From positions 37,820,001-37,884,000 of the forward strand of contig NC_073387.1 in NCBI RefSeq assembly GCF_028641065.1: a DNA stretch of 64,000 nt. The letters are read 5' to 3'. Position 1 is the first letter of the stretch, and every line of letters starts with the position of its first letter. A program made the position numbers and the translations under genes. The notes beneath the pieces were generated by a model. The model was not told the DNA's origin, did not search any database, and saw only the letters and a program-made list of their open reading frames with translations. The stretch comes from Leucoraja erinacea. Lineage: Eukaryota. Below are positions 47,924 to 61,580 of this stretch, one piece after another.

Positions 47924-49703
47924 GGTAGACAAAATTGCTGGAGAAACTCAGCGGGTGCGGCAGCATCTATGGAGCGAAGGAAATAGGCAACATTTCGGGC
48001 CGAAACCCTTCTTCAGACTGATGCAGGGTGGGGGGGGGCGGGAAGAAGAAAGGAAGAGGAAGAGCCAGAGGGCTGAGGGAGAGCTGGGAAGGGAAGGAGA
48101 CAGGGTGGGAGATGGGAAGATGTGGTGCATGGTGGGGTCATGTTGGAGGTGGCGAAAATGACGAAGGACTATCTATTGTATGTGACGGCTAGTGGGGTGG
48201 AAGGTGAGGACTAAGGGGACTCTGCCCTTGTTCTGAGAGGGAGGATGGGGAGAAAGAGCAGTGTTGCGGGGTATTCAAGAGACCCTGGTGAGAGCCTCAT
48301 CTATGGTAGTTTGACTCCTCCCATTTCCTCCAAATACAAGGCGTAGCTATGGGCAGGCGCATGGGCCCCAACTATGCCTGCCTCTTTGTAGGGTACGTCG
48401 AACAATCCTTGTTTGAGACATACCAAGGCCCCATCCACGACCTCTACCTCCGCTACATTGACAATTGCATTGGTGCTACCTCCTGCACCCGCACACAACT
48501 CACTAACTTCATCAACTTAGCCACTAACTCCCATCCAGCACTCAAATACACCTGGACCATTTCCGACACTTTCCTACCATTTCTTGACCTCACTATCTCC
48601 ATCGCAGGTGATAGACTTTTGACCAACATCCAATATAAACCCACTGACTCCCATGGCTATCTAGATTACACTTCTTCCCACCCTGTAAGGACTCCATCCC
48701 CTACTCCCAATTCCTCCGTCTACGCCACATCTGCTCCCAGGATGAGGTGTTCCACACCAGGGCATCGGAAATGTCCTCATTCTTCAGGGAACGGGGGTTC
48801 CCCTCCCCTACCGTAGATGAGGCTCTCACCAGGGTCTCTTCAATACCCCGCAACACTGCTCTCTCTCCCCATCCCCCCACTCGGAACAAGGGCAGAGTCC
48901 CACTAGCCGTCACATACAACAGATAGTCCTCCGTCATTTTCGCCACCTCCAACGTGACCCCACCACTCGCCACAGCTTCCCATCTCCCCCCCTGTCTGCT
49001 TTCTGCAAAGACCGTTCCCTCCGTAACTCCCTGGTCAATTCTTCCCTTCCCACCCATACCACCCCCTCCCCAGGCACTTTCCCTTGCAACCGCAAGAGAT
49101 GCTACATGTGTCGCTTTACCTCCCCTCTCGACTCCATTCAAGGACCCAAGCAGTCGTTCCAGGTGCGACAGAGGTTTACCTGCATCTCCTCCAACCTCAT
49201 CTACTGCATCCACTGCTCTAGATGTCAGTTGATCTACATCAGTGAGATCAAGCGTAGGCTTGGCGATCGTTTCGCCGAACACCTCTGCATTAACCAACCT
49301 GATTTCCCTGTGGCTCAGCACTTCAACTCCCCCTCTCATTCCGAATCCAACCTTTCTGTCCTGGGCCTCCTCCATGACCAGTGAGCACCACCGGAAACTG
49401 GAGGAGCAGCACCTCATATCCCACTTGGGAATTCTGCATCCCGGTGGCCTGAACATTGACTTCTCCAATTTCTGGTAGTCCTTGCTGTCTCCTCCCCTTC
49501 TCAGCTCTCCCTCAGCCCTCTGGCTCCTCCTCTTCCTTTCTTCTTCCCGCCCCCCCCTCCCACCATGCATCAGTCTGAAGAAGGGTTTCCGCCCGAAATG
49601 TTGCCTATTTCCTTCGCTCCATAAATGCTGCCGCACCCGCTGAGTTTCTCCAGCAATTTTGTCTACCTTCGATTCTCCAGCATCTGCAGTTCCTTCTTGA
49701 ACA
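47924..49703 (+). mobile_element. Penelope-like element (RT C-terminus + GIY-YIG endonuclease) with inverted pseudo-LTRs
   Basis: QGVAMG..MGPNYACLFVG, YIDN, FLDL, YKPTDSH; FTCISSNLIYCIHC...IYISEIKRRLGDRFAEH; 47924-48308 is an inverted copy of downstream parts; 8-bp TSD aattatat at 47916-47923 and 49704-49711. Confidence 0.93.
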
Positions 49704-50879
49704 AATTATATCACAGCACAAAGTTGTTAGCAATGGGATGATTGGATTTCATGCCTGATATAAAGCTATTTCATCCCCATGTTGTGCCAGGAAGCATACT
49801 TTTTTGACTTGATATATTGAATATAAATTCCAGTCCATTGTCAGATAACATGGGATTAGAGAATTCAGATAATATTAATTCCACAATATATCTCAAAAAT
49901 GCCCTTGTCAAATCCTCGGTGGGCCTTATTTTGCAGATACAAAATCTCAGTAGAGATTATATCCTATCTTCAGCCAATTGTGCAAGAGACTTCCTTTTAT
50001 GGTGGGAAAGTTATCCGTTTTTTTCAAGTCTCAACTTTCCCTGCCTCCGTTAATTCTTAGATCCTTACTCGGGTTGAAAATAGCTAATTTAACTCAGAAA
50101 TGATTACCTTAACTGTAAGGCAGATCAATAACAAGTTTATATGTTTACAATTCCACAATTTGATCAATAATGGAGTGATATGTAGGCTACTCTCTGCAAA
50201 ACATAAAACTACAACAAAGTTTATTTCACAGTGGTTTAAATTATTTCAATAAGTTCTCTGAGAATGTTATTGAGACAAAGTATATTACTTTCCAGGTAAT
50301 TTTATCAAGAAATTGTGGAACGCCCCCAGATGGTTTTTATCTAGTTCATCAATGACATTCGTCAGATTGTTGGAAGTGAAATATATTTCACAATAGGTTA
50401 TAGAGTCATTGAGTGACTCTTTATGGTCTAAGTGGGTTGTGAAGAATATTGGTTTTAATGAGGTCATGACAATGAATCTGTGCAAGTAACTGAATTTCAA
50501 CCATTATATATCAATAATGAAAATAAAAATATCTGTAAGAGCAGTCCAACCATGTGAAGTGGCGATGAAGAACAAAGATCTAATGATGAAACAATTACTA
50601 TAGCATGGAAACTAAAACTGAGCAAATTTGAATGGAAATATATGCATTACCATGAAAACCCTTAGTTGATGTGTTACAGTGTTTTAACCTATTTGCTAAT
50701 CTTCAGATTGGTTGGCAGTATTTTGTATATATAATGTATATTTATTGATTTGATATTTTTGATTATTTCACAAAATAACCTTGAACCTCAGTTCATTTCT
50801 GATTACCTTTGCCTCTCCCAGCTGCCCCTATCAATAAAGATAAGGTTTAGGTTTGGAAACATACTTTTAATTTGAAACT

Positions 50880-51245
50880 GCCCCTGGTCAGTATCCTCAG
50901 TAAATAGATCCACGTGGCACCAGCGCGTTTACAACGCATGATGATGGAACTACAGAGATATGACATCAGACTAACCTACAAACGTGGTAAGGACATGCAC
51001 GTAGCTGACACCCTCTCATGGGCACCTCACCCAATCTGCAAAAAACACCTGTGTGATGATGAGCACGAGAGGTACACAGTTATGATGGTCTCTTGCCTCC
51101 CATCAGCCAGTTTAGACATCCTAGTGTCACAAACAGCTGCAGACGAAACACTACAGTCGCTGGCCACTGTCATCCACCGTGACTTCAAGTAGTCCGCCCA
51201 TTTTTCCCTGTCCGCGATGAACTGATCATTCAGGACAGCGTGAGA
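50880..51245 (+). mobile_element. Gypsy/Ty3 LTR retrotransposon pol relic (RNase H C-terminus)
   Basis: PLVSILSK*IHVAPARLQRMMMELQRYDIRLTYKRGKDMHVADTLS. Confidence 0.82.
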
Positions 51246-52176
51246 ATGAAAGAAGCCAAGATTGAAAAAAATAGCTGACGCTCTAGAGATAAGTAATAAT
51301 TTGTTATTGGATGAGATTGATTTGGACCCAGCTTTTCCTATATTCTGAAAGGCTATAGAATCTTTTACTCATGCCATATTCAGACTTGGTAGGAGTGTTT
51401 TATTGTTAAGAAATATGTATAATTATGGTAACTTTCCTTTGTTCTGTTGTAGAGCCCGAGAAGCACTGAGCAACGTTAGTGCTCATTGTAGATCTTGCCA
51501 CTCCTGTCTGACGAATCAATTAAAGATTGCCATGGTTTACCTTTAACAATTTTGTTGCTATCTGCTTTTTAAGAGACGAACTTTGACAAATGGATATGTG
51601 TGGAATCTATGATATTATCAATAACCAACTATCAAATGATATTTGAAGCTTTTTTTAAACAGAAAGTGCTTTTTTCTTCTTCTAAGCCCTGGAAATTAAC
51701 TTGTTTGATTGGATTGCCTGTAATGATACGATCAAAGAAAAGTTGTTGAATATTGTGAATGCTTGATTTTGGATCCTTATATATTAAAAAAAAACACTAA
51801 AGCCAAGCTGGTAAATCTTTAATCTTTATGGATAGAGGTAAGGATTGTTTAATGTATATTGCTGGAAAGATCTTTCACACATCAAAGGAAGTTTTTATAA
51901 AATATAAGCACCTACTACATTTCAATAACATAATTAGTCTTTCATGTAATTTGAAGAGAGTTTTGACATTGACTGTACAGGACAGCCAGGCTGTCTTTCC
52001 TAACATGAAAAGAAGTTAATTTCAATGGGGAATTTATTAAAATCTCATAATCTCTACAGTACAAAAATTGTTGTCATTAATAAAGCAACATCTTTAACTA
52101 ATTTCTAAGAAAGTAGAATTTAATGTTTCATTTTGATATTTGGAACATGGTGGAAGTGAGCAATGAGTAAATTTGA

Positions 52177-52605
52177 GGCAGCACAGTGGAACAGTTGGTA
52201 GAATTCACAAGTTCATACATTTCTTAAGTCATAGGAGCAGTATTAGGCCATTTGGCCATTCATTCATGGCTGATTTATCTTTCCATCTAAACCTCATTAT
52301 CTTGCCTTCTCCCCATAACCTGTGACACCCTCACCCTTAAGAATCTGTGAATCTCCGTTTTAAAAAGACCCAAATACAGCTGTCTGTCTCAATGATTTCC
52401 ACAGATTTGCCACCTCTGGCTAAAGAGCTGTTGTCTCATAGCACCAGAGGTCCGGGTTCTATCCTGGCCTTGTGTGATGTCTGTGTGGAGTTTGCACATT
52501 CTCCCTCTGACTGCCTGGGTTTCCTTCAGGTGCTCCCGTTTCTTCCCACACCCCAAAGATGTGCAGGTTTAAATGTTAATTGGCCTCCGTACATTGCCCC
52601 TAGTG
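52177..52605 (+). mobile_element. Old HE1-like SINE interrupted by a reversed CR1 3' fragment (~52205-52420)
   Basis: SINE head is split after gttggtaga and resumes at gagctgttgtctcatagc. Confidence 0.65.
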
Positions 52606-53472
52606 GACTATATGGAGTGCATTCAAATGTGGGATAACATAGAAATGATTCACCGCAAAACTACAACATATTGCATGATATGCAGATTGAAGTCTTTACT
52701 GCCATCAATCACTTTCATTCCATTATGAAACGTAAACATCTGTTGAGTTTCCGACCGGCAGCTTCCTGAAAAACGTTGATTGATGAATAACTTCATAATG
52801 TCGCACCATGCTAAAGAATAATGGAGTCACAGCCCGCATTGGTCCTACTCTCTCTGAATGCTGATTGCAACACTCAGGGTGAAGAAAAGCAGCTGTTTAA
52901 ACTATGCAGCTCTGAGATGAAATTGGGAATTATATTCACTAAGACATAACTCAAAGGAAAATTGATCTTCTCTGCACCACCACACGTGCTTTTGCAACTG
53001 GATTTGAAATAATCCAATATTTTAAATACCTGATCCACTGTGCGTTTTGGCAGAATCTTTGCATCGGAATTAGTTCTTCAACTTTTAATATATAGAGATG
53101 TTTATAAAATGCTTGCTTATATATGATCCTGGTTAGATAAGATTTCCCAGAGCAACAACTCCAGTCTTGGGAGGAAGTTTCCCATCTGTATCTCATGTCC
53201 ACAAGGTCTCATGATTAAACAGTATCGAGACGATCAAAGAATCACAACATGACTTGACATCCATAAGGCCACCCAATGCATTTTGTCCATACTGGAAATG
53301 AGATACCCAGCCCAGTCCCATTTCCCAGGGATCCACAGAGACTTGACTCAAAACTAGCCTGGCCATCGAAGACAAAAGGTGATAGTGGATGTGGTCGGTT
53401 CATCTGTGACCAGTGGCGTTACAGTGACATGAAAGTTACGAAGCAACAATGGAGTCGGCTCAGGATCTGTTT

Positions 53473-53783
53473 TTTTAGTTTAATTTTAGTTTAGAGATAA
53501 AGCACGGAAACAGGCCCTTCGGCCCACCAGGTCCACACCAGCCAACTGTCCCTGCACACTAACACTATCCTACACACACTAAGGACAATTTACAATTTTA
53601 TCAAAGCCAATTAACCTACAAACCTGTTCGGAGTGTGGGAGGAAACGGGAGCACCCGGAGAAAACCCACGCGGTCACAGGGAGAACACACAAACTCCATA
53701 CAGACAGCACCCAGAGTCAGGATTGAACCCGGGTCTCTGGCACTGTAAGGCAACATATCTACCACTGTGCCACCTTGCCACCC
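53473..53783 (-). mobile_element. HE1-like SINE, full length
   Basis: tRNA head with GGGTTCAATCC; (ctaaa) tail. Confidence 0.88.
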
Positions 53784-54684
53784 CCGAATCAGGAATGCGG
53801 TAAAGCACAAATCCATTGGGTGCAGTTGGCTGTATCCACTTGGGGTTAACATTACACAATCTCAACATCCTCATGTATTCCAAATTAATCAAGAGCTATA
53901 AAAACTTTGGATGATTCATTGTACGTCACGGATATTTTGTTTTTGAGTAAAGCAGAATACTTGTAATATTTTCAGAATGCAGCTCTGTCTGAGGAAGTAT
54001 TTGTAATTTATCTACCAGAGGCAGAGCTTTGTACATTCACACAAAGAACCGCCTCTACAATCTGCAAGGAGGGAGACTTGAGAAGAGGTGACTGGCCAAA
54101 TAATTAATTTGGATATCTCACTTTTATTTAATCTAACTTAAAATTGACAATAGTGTAGAATCAGAAAAATCAAAGATTATGATAAAACCGACTGTATTTT
54201 CTGCCTGAGGTTAGCTATTTATTCTTTCTGTCTCACTGGTATCTTTCTTCCTTTCCAAACAAGCACTAATTGTTCCTGTGGTCAGATTACGTTTCCAGTT
54301 TACACGGTTCACAGCATACAAGGACGTGTTAGGTTTTGCTTCTGGCTCGTAGATAATTAAAATTTTGACTAGCTGAGAAAATGCAGACTTTCCTAAAACA
54401 TGTTAAAGAATCAGATATAAAATCTAAATGGTTCAATGAACGATGCAGACACCATTTAAGCTCTTGATCTCCCAATCTACCTCTTTGCACCCACACTCCT
54501 ATTTATCTGCACTTTCTCTGTAGCTTCAACACGTTATTCTGCACTCTGTTTTTCTCTTTTGCATAACCTTGACCTAGATACGAATGGCATGATTTGCCTA
54601 GATGGCACGCAAACAATATCTATTTTCACTATACCTTGGTACACGTGACAATAGTAAAACAAGACTAATTCCAACCAGTTTAAA

Positions 54685-54880
54685 GAAAGTCACAAAGTGC
54701 TGGAGTAACTCAGCGAGTCAGGCATCATCTTTGGAGAACATTTATATATATTCGTTTTATGTCAGGACCCTTCTTTGGACCTGACACAAAACATCACGTA
54801 TCCATGTTCTCCGGAGATGCTGCTTGACCCGCTGAGTTACTCCAGCGCTTTGTGTCTTTTGTTGTAAACACGCATCCTCA
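54685..54880. mobile_element. Penelope pseudo-LTR hairpin derivative
   Basis: cacaaagtgctggagtaactcagcgagtca / tgacccgctgagttactccagcgctttgtg inverted arms. Confidence 0.8.
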
Positions 54881-55929
54881 CATACTTGTGGCTCCAACCT
54901 TGCTTGGCACGACACTGGATTGGTATTTCATATAGCTTTAGGCTCCAAGTGGTTTCAGTCTATTTGACTAAGGCAACCTGCCACAGCCACAGTCCAGAGC
55001 TTGAGCTAAGCTTAATTTGCCAGACATTTCCCTTAACAGCAGGAGCATGAATGACAGGTCACGATACAAGGCAGGCTGTGTCATTGAGAGCCACTCAAGC
55101 TCATAGTACAGCCAGAGTTGGTGATGGATGAAAGAGAGAGAGCAAAAGTATCAATGCAACAATGGAATAAACAACCAACCGCAGGCAGCGGATGAAACAA
55201 TTCTGATGATGTACTTTGGCTTTCTTGAGCACAAAATATGTCACTTACAATTAGGCTAAACAGATTAAAGCTATTTTTTTCTGAATAATGTTGGAAAATT
55301 ATTATCTTGTGAATCTCCTTTGATAAAAAAAACTGACTGCATTTGATACATAAAGGGCCAGTTTTGCACAATGCAAAATACAGTGTCATATAGCACAGAC
55401 CAAATGAACCAAGGACTAGAATAAACCATCACTCCAAACAAATTCATCATTCAAACAGACATAATGAGATGGAAGTAATAGTTAAAAAGTGCTTGTCAGA
55501 AAGTAGACAAATGATGGATTTGATCATGCGTTTTCCTTTGTTTATAATTTATCATGAAACAGTTGCTGCAAATTTAAAGCAATAGTCCTTGAAATTAAAG
55601 ATTGCATCAAAATGCGTCCTTACAGCAGAATCATGGCCAGCGCAATTTTTGATCTTGAATCCCTGGGTTCTGTTCTTTATACATCAATCTCTCTATTGGT
55701 TTTGTGTCTAGAACCTGCCTAAGTTCCCTTTTCCCCTTGCACCTCCATCAGAAAGTCAGCACTTGGATATTGACAGATTCAAATGATCTGAGTTGCTAGG
55801 AGTACAGCTTATAGCTGGGAGTTGTGAGATGAGAGGGTGCCACAGAATCTCCGGAGATCAAAGAGTTGACAGAGTTTATTTTTTTATAAACTGGATCCAG
55901 GGACTTGTAATGAGAAACGAAGACACTAA

Positions 55930-56258
55930 GTGTAGGAAGAAACTGCAGATGCTGGTTTACACCAGATAGACACAAAATGCTGGAGTAACTCAACAGGTTG
56001 GGCAGCGCCTCTGGAGAAAAGGAACAGGTGATCTTTCGGGTCGAACTCCTTCCTCGGACTGAGAGTCAGTCGAGTGGGAAACTAGAGATATGAAAAGGTA
56101 TGGACAAATTAGAGCCAGCACCGATGAACTAGGAAAGATGGAGCCCACAATGGGCCATTGTTGGCTGTGAAGGAGGTGATAACGTGGGGATACGAACAGT
56201 GAAACTAGCAGGTTGACTAGGGTGAGGGAAAGATGGAGAGAGAGAGAGAGAGAGAGAG
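55930..56258 (-). mobile_element. Penelope pseudo-LTR plus adjacent region ending in (GA)n
   Basis: tgtaggaagaaactgcagatgctgg...cacaaaatgctggagtaactca family motif. Confidence 0.72.
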
Positions 56259-58423
56259 TACAATAAAGTTTGATTAAAAACATGCTTTAGATAGAAAATA
56301 TGCACACATGGGAGTGAACTTTAGCCTGACCATGTGCATGTAGGAGTGGGTTCCGGGGTGTTAAATGTACTGGGAACAATGACTTGTCAGAAGCTGCCTT
56401 GCAGCTTTCATACTTAACTCGAGAGGATGAAGATACAGGAGGTGACATTGTAGCTTGATACAACAGAGGGCAGTAAAATAAAAAGCCACTACTAACGCCG
56501 TCAACACCTACAACGGGACGGATCTCACATAGGGGACAAAATAAAATGTAAGTCATTTATTTTACATACAAACTTGCTTCTTAGGATGACTTTAATCAAA
56601 ATTTCCTTGGCGATAATGTGATTTTGGCCCCATACAAACAGGCAGTGTTTTTCCTGCCGATATGGGGTTCAAATTCACCACAAATGCAACGTTCCAATCG
56701 ATCGCGTTCCACAAAAACCCACTCGCAAAATGATTAAAATGCCCATTAATTTATAGGAATTAAACATTAAATTCCTTCTATTTGGCCTATAAATTCATGA
56801 CAATGAGATTTAAAAAATCATGTTATATAGTGAATTCTTGTGTGAATGTTATTTGGACACTTAGGCTATTTAAAAATGTTAACCTTTTCTTAAGAAATGG
56901 ATAGATGTTTAGATCTAGTAATCGAATTTTGTAATTAGCTACAATTAGGTAACTAACTAATTATATGCTTTAATTTCAGGTCATCCAAGTAAGATTGTTT
57001 CATATTTGTTTCAGAATGTTTCAATCTATAATAACTGAAAATGTCATTCAGTTCTCTTAATTTTTAAGAAAGTTATGGGCTTTTGACTGTCCTCGATCAC
57101 GGCTTTTGAGTTAAGTCAATGGAAAAGCAATAGGGAACAAGATGCTAATTTCAGAGTATGAAAATGGCCATAACCTTTTTAATACTGAAGATATGAAAGT
57201 GAATTAGGTGTCAGATTAAACTTCTGTTTATGCTTTATCTGATGGGATAAATTGCAGACTTGATTTTTAAAATCTCAAAATTTTGTAACATTGCTACATA
57301 GATACTGTAAGAAGCAAAAATTGGAGGAGCACAGAGATCAGAGGATTATATGGCTGCACAAAGTGACAGACACAGGCAAGTGAAAGTCCATAGAGGGAAG
57401 TGATCACAATATGAATTTTAACTTTTATCTTTATAGATTGTAAAGACAAATCGTTTCCATTGGACCATTCAAAAATATTGTTTCTCTATTATCGCGGAAC
57501 ACCTTTGATTGAAACTGTAGCTAACTTGATATTAACTATTTTAATCGTGTAATCAATAGTGATTATTTTATCTTAGTCGCTCAACAGCCACGATGGTAAT
57601 GGGTTTGTTTAAGTTTGAATATTTGTCACCAGGAATCCTTGTGGCTTCCTTCTCCTTATATCCAATGATTACATATCTGGAAGTCCTAAGATATATGCGA
57701 GGTGCCTCCAATTGACTGCTACTGCCTAATATTCTGTGTTCTCCTCTCCTGCCAGGAAAGAATAAAGAGTCTTTGAAATAGGGGTAATGGCATCTGTTGA
57801 ACAGTTGGATGAAGGGAATTTGTTGAGGTCCTGGCGGGAGGCTGCATAAAGGTGAGAAGAGAGAGGGTGACTGGATGTCAATGGTTGTTGGACATTAGCT
57901 TTAGACTGAATGGAGGGGTGCGCTTGCAGGGTAAACTATTTTTGAATTAGAATGCTGAATATGAATGCTGAATTAGAATGCTGAAAATGCTGAATTAGAC
58001 TCAAAACGACAAAGTGAGTGAGCTGGAATGGTACTCAGATCAGGATGAAGGGTGAAGGAGTTGCTGTGCCCATCTTTGCTGATCTGATAATGTCATTGAA
58101 CTATTGAATTCAGCATTGACTTCAGGCCTGGTTTCTCATTGCTGCAGGTGACGTTGGTGTCGGGTCACCTCACTGATATATCTCTTCCATCCAACAGTAG
58201 GAAAGCCTAACACCCTGCCTGCCCGCCCAGCTCCCAATGTGACATCCAGCAATGAGTGACTTAAATGAACTGACTTTTTAAGAGAAATGCCAGCTGTCTT
58301 TATATAGGTCAGGAAATACAGAGACGAGAGCAAATTCAAACAGATCAGATATCTAGATACCAACCTGTGGGCACATATCCATATGAATCCCATCTCACAG
58401 CATTTGGACTGGACTATTTTATG

Positions 58424-58625
58424 TATGGGAAGGAACTGCAGATGTTGGTTTACACTGAAGATAGACACAAAATGCTGGAGTAACTCAGTGGGACAGGCAG
58501 CATCTTCGGAAAAAAGGAATGGGTGATGATCTGGGTCGAGGTCTCGACCTGAAATGTTACCCATTCCTTCTCACCAGAGATGCTGCCTGACCCGTTGAGT
58601 TAGTTCAGCATTACGTGTCTATCTT
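58424..58625. mobile_element. Penelope pseudo-LTR hairpin element
   Basis: Inverted arms; 15-bp TSD ctggactatt(t/c)tatg at 58409-58423 and 58626-58640. Confidence 0.85.
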
Positions 58626-59214
58626 CTGGACTATTCTATGCCTGGTCAAAATAACTGCATGTCCAGATATTTTTTACAGTAACTCTGCTTTCACCACTCT
58701 CTCTGGCTGTGCTTTCTAGATACTCAATGCTCTCTAGGCGATCACTCAGATCTCCATTTACCATTCCCCTAATTCTACGATGTCTAGTTTTATTTACCCT
58801 TTTTCTGTCCTCTAGTTATATTCACCTTGTTCATATGCTCTAGTTTTATTTACCAAATATTAAAGCATGACTGGATTAAAAGAACAACTGACAGAATTGT
58901 TCAGAGTTCCCACAGTTGTTGGACCCATTTCACCTCCTGGTTCATGTTTAATGACAAGTTAACATTCAGTCCAAGTTTGTGATTGCATTGGCCATCTGTG
59001 GGCTAATTGAAATGAAGTCAAATGGTGAGGAATATTCAATAAGAAACACAATTTCCATTTGGAAGTTATCCATTCTGGTCCTTATGTTGAGTTGAAATCA
59101 CTGAAACTAATAGTTAAATCAAAAATGAACATTAATTTGAAAATCAATGTTTTTGATTATCAAATTGATTTGAGCCGATGTGTAAGCTGAGTAGTTGAGA
59201 GTTGCAAAATTATT

Positions 59215-59545
59215 AGTCATAGAGTCTTACACCGTGGAAACTTGCTCAGACCCACCAACATGTCCCGTCTACACTAGGTCCACCAGCTTGTGTTTATCCA
59301 TGTATGTGTCTAAATGTTTCTTAAATGTTGCAATAGTACCTGCCTCAACAACCTCCTCTGGCAGCTCATTCCATACACCCACCATCCTTTGTGTGAAAAT
59401 ATTACCCCTCAGGATCCTATCGTTTCCCCCTCACCTTAAACCTATGCCCTCTGGTTCTCGCTTCCCCTACTCTGGGCAAGAGACTCTGCCTCTGCCCGAT
59501 CTATTCCTCTCATGATTACGTCTATAAGATCACCCCTCATCCTTG
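59215..59545 (-). mobile_element. CR1 3' end, second subfamily
   Basis: Reverse complement similar to 38500-38890. Confidence 0.8.
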
Positions 59546-60940
59546 ACAGGAAGGTCTAATTATAGTGTAAAAAAACTGGATAAACATTTCCCATTTATTT
59601 CTGTGAACATAAGGACCTCCCAATGGGAAAATTGTAACCAGAAACAAAACAACAGACTAAAAGACTGTGTATGCAGCCTAACATTTTTTAAATATTATTG
59701 AATTATATTTTGTACATTTTAGAGGTCTTTATTCAAACTAACTATAATGGGTTTTAACATTTGGAAATAATGGTTTCAATTGAATTATCCTAAGTCAGTT
59801 ATCCAGTGTAATTTGCTGGGTAAATCCACTGTTACATATTTAAAGTATTCGAAATATCTCAGGACATATATCCAATGGTTCAATCCATTGCTATATATTT
59901 GAAATAAGTACTCTTTAAAATAATGACAATGAAGTCTGCAACACTGTTCATGCCATTATGATGAAAATGTCTTTTTTCACTTTGATGATCCTTATAACAG
60001 GAAAATTATTACTTCCATAAAGCAAGGAAAATGAAAATCTCTATGAGGGCAAAAAAGATGACGGCATCTTGTTTATTTCAACATAAATGCCATCTACAGA
60101 CGAACTCCCTTGAATAAAAGTATATTATAGAAAAAATAATATTTCACCTAGGACAGGACAAACAGGAAATTAAATAATGAAAAAATAGGAAAGAGTAATA
60201 AAATGTGAAATTAATGATGATGTAAACAGGTCTCAAAGGTTTAGTTGCCAATATGGAGATGTGATTCTAGCACATAGAATACAGTCATGTCAGAGAGAAG
60301 AGGGGGTGTGGGGGAAGAGAGAGGGGGGAGAGATACAAAGAGAAGGAGAGAGAAAGGTAGCAAAACTTTGTACGCTTCTAAAACATAAATTAAAAATAAA
60401 CATCACAAGAATATATTTATAACATCATTTTGTTTCCACTAGTCACATTTAACCCAGGGCTGTTTTTACTATAATTGGAGAATGATGAAGTACATAGAAT
60501 GCATCAATCAGTGAGTCATGCAGTGAACAACATCAGACAAGGCTGTCTAATCCTTCATATCCTCACAGTTAGACATTAAGATGGAGATTATCTTATGCTC
60601 TATTACAACCATTGCAGTAAAGATATTTGTAAAATTAACACCTTAATATACTTTAAACCGCAAGTGCCAGTATACACCCAGATACTTGTTAAAGCTTTGT
60701 TGTGCAAGACATTGCATTACTGTGGACTTGTTTTTCTTTTTAATTATATATTTGCACTCATGTCATGCATTTTGTACATCTTCCTTAAAGTATTTTACAT
60801 GCAATTTATTTACAATTTATACATAATTTATGTGTAGTTTATGTCTGTACGATTATCTAAGTGTGTGCCTGCGATGCTGCAGCAATCAAACTAGATCATT
60901 GTACCTGCACCTCACCATATTCGTGCAGGTGGCAATAAAC

Positions 60941-61035
60941 TTGAAGAAGGGTCTCCACCTGAAACGTCACCCATTCCTTCTCTCCAGAGATGCTGCCTAT
61001 CCTGCTGAGTCACTCCAGTGTTTTGTGTCTATCTA
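60941..61035. mobile_element. Penelope pseudo-LTR fragment inserted in a LINE tail
   Basis: tgaagaagggtctccacctgaaacgtcacccattcc...ttttgtgtctatct. Confidence 0.75.
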
Positions 61036-61273
61036 CATTAAACTTCAACTTGAACTTGAGCTATATAAAGAATATTATGGACAATATTTGTGTACATTCA
61101 TCTCTGAGTCTATAGTCCCAAAAAAAGTTTGTTTACTTATTGAGATTAAGTTCAAAGTAACACACACTGGGATGTATATCATAGTTTATTGAAACTGAAA
61201 CTTGGTATTCTACACTATCTGCCATCTCCAGAGAGAGTGCTTATTTGAGAAAGGTAACTTTCTTAATCACTTA

Positions 61274-61580
61274 TTGATTGATGGATTGATTGATTGATTG
61301 ACTGAAAGCTACAGTATGGAAACAGGCCCTTCGGCCCACCTAGTCCACGCCAACCATCATTCACCATTCACAGGAGTTCTATGTTATTCCACATTCACAT
61401 CCACTCCCTGCACACTAGGTCAATTTACAGTGGTAAATTACAAGCCTGCACATATTTGGGATTTGGGAGGATTCCAAAGGGCGAGTTTGCAAACTCCACA
61501 CAGACAGCATCCATGGTGAGGATATAACCTAGGTCTCTGGCACTGTAATGCAACTGCTCCACTGACTGCCAGTGTGCTGT
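61274..61580 (-). mobile_element. HE1-related SINE with (CAAT)n tail
   Basis: CR1-like 3' end plus a degenerate tRNA head. Confidence 0.72.

Noticed and set aside
48701-49636. 311-aa minus-strand ORF
   Set aside because: Antisense shadow of the Penelope ORF
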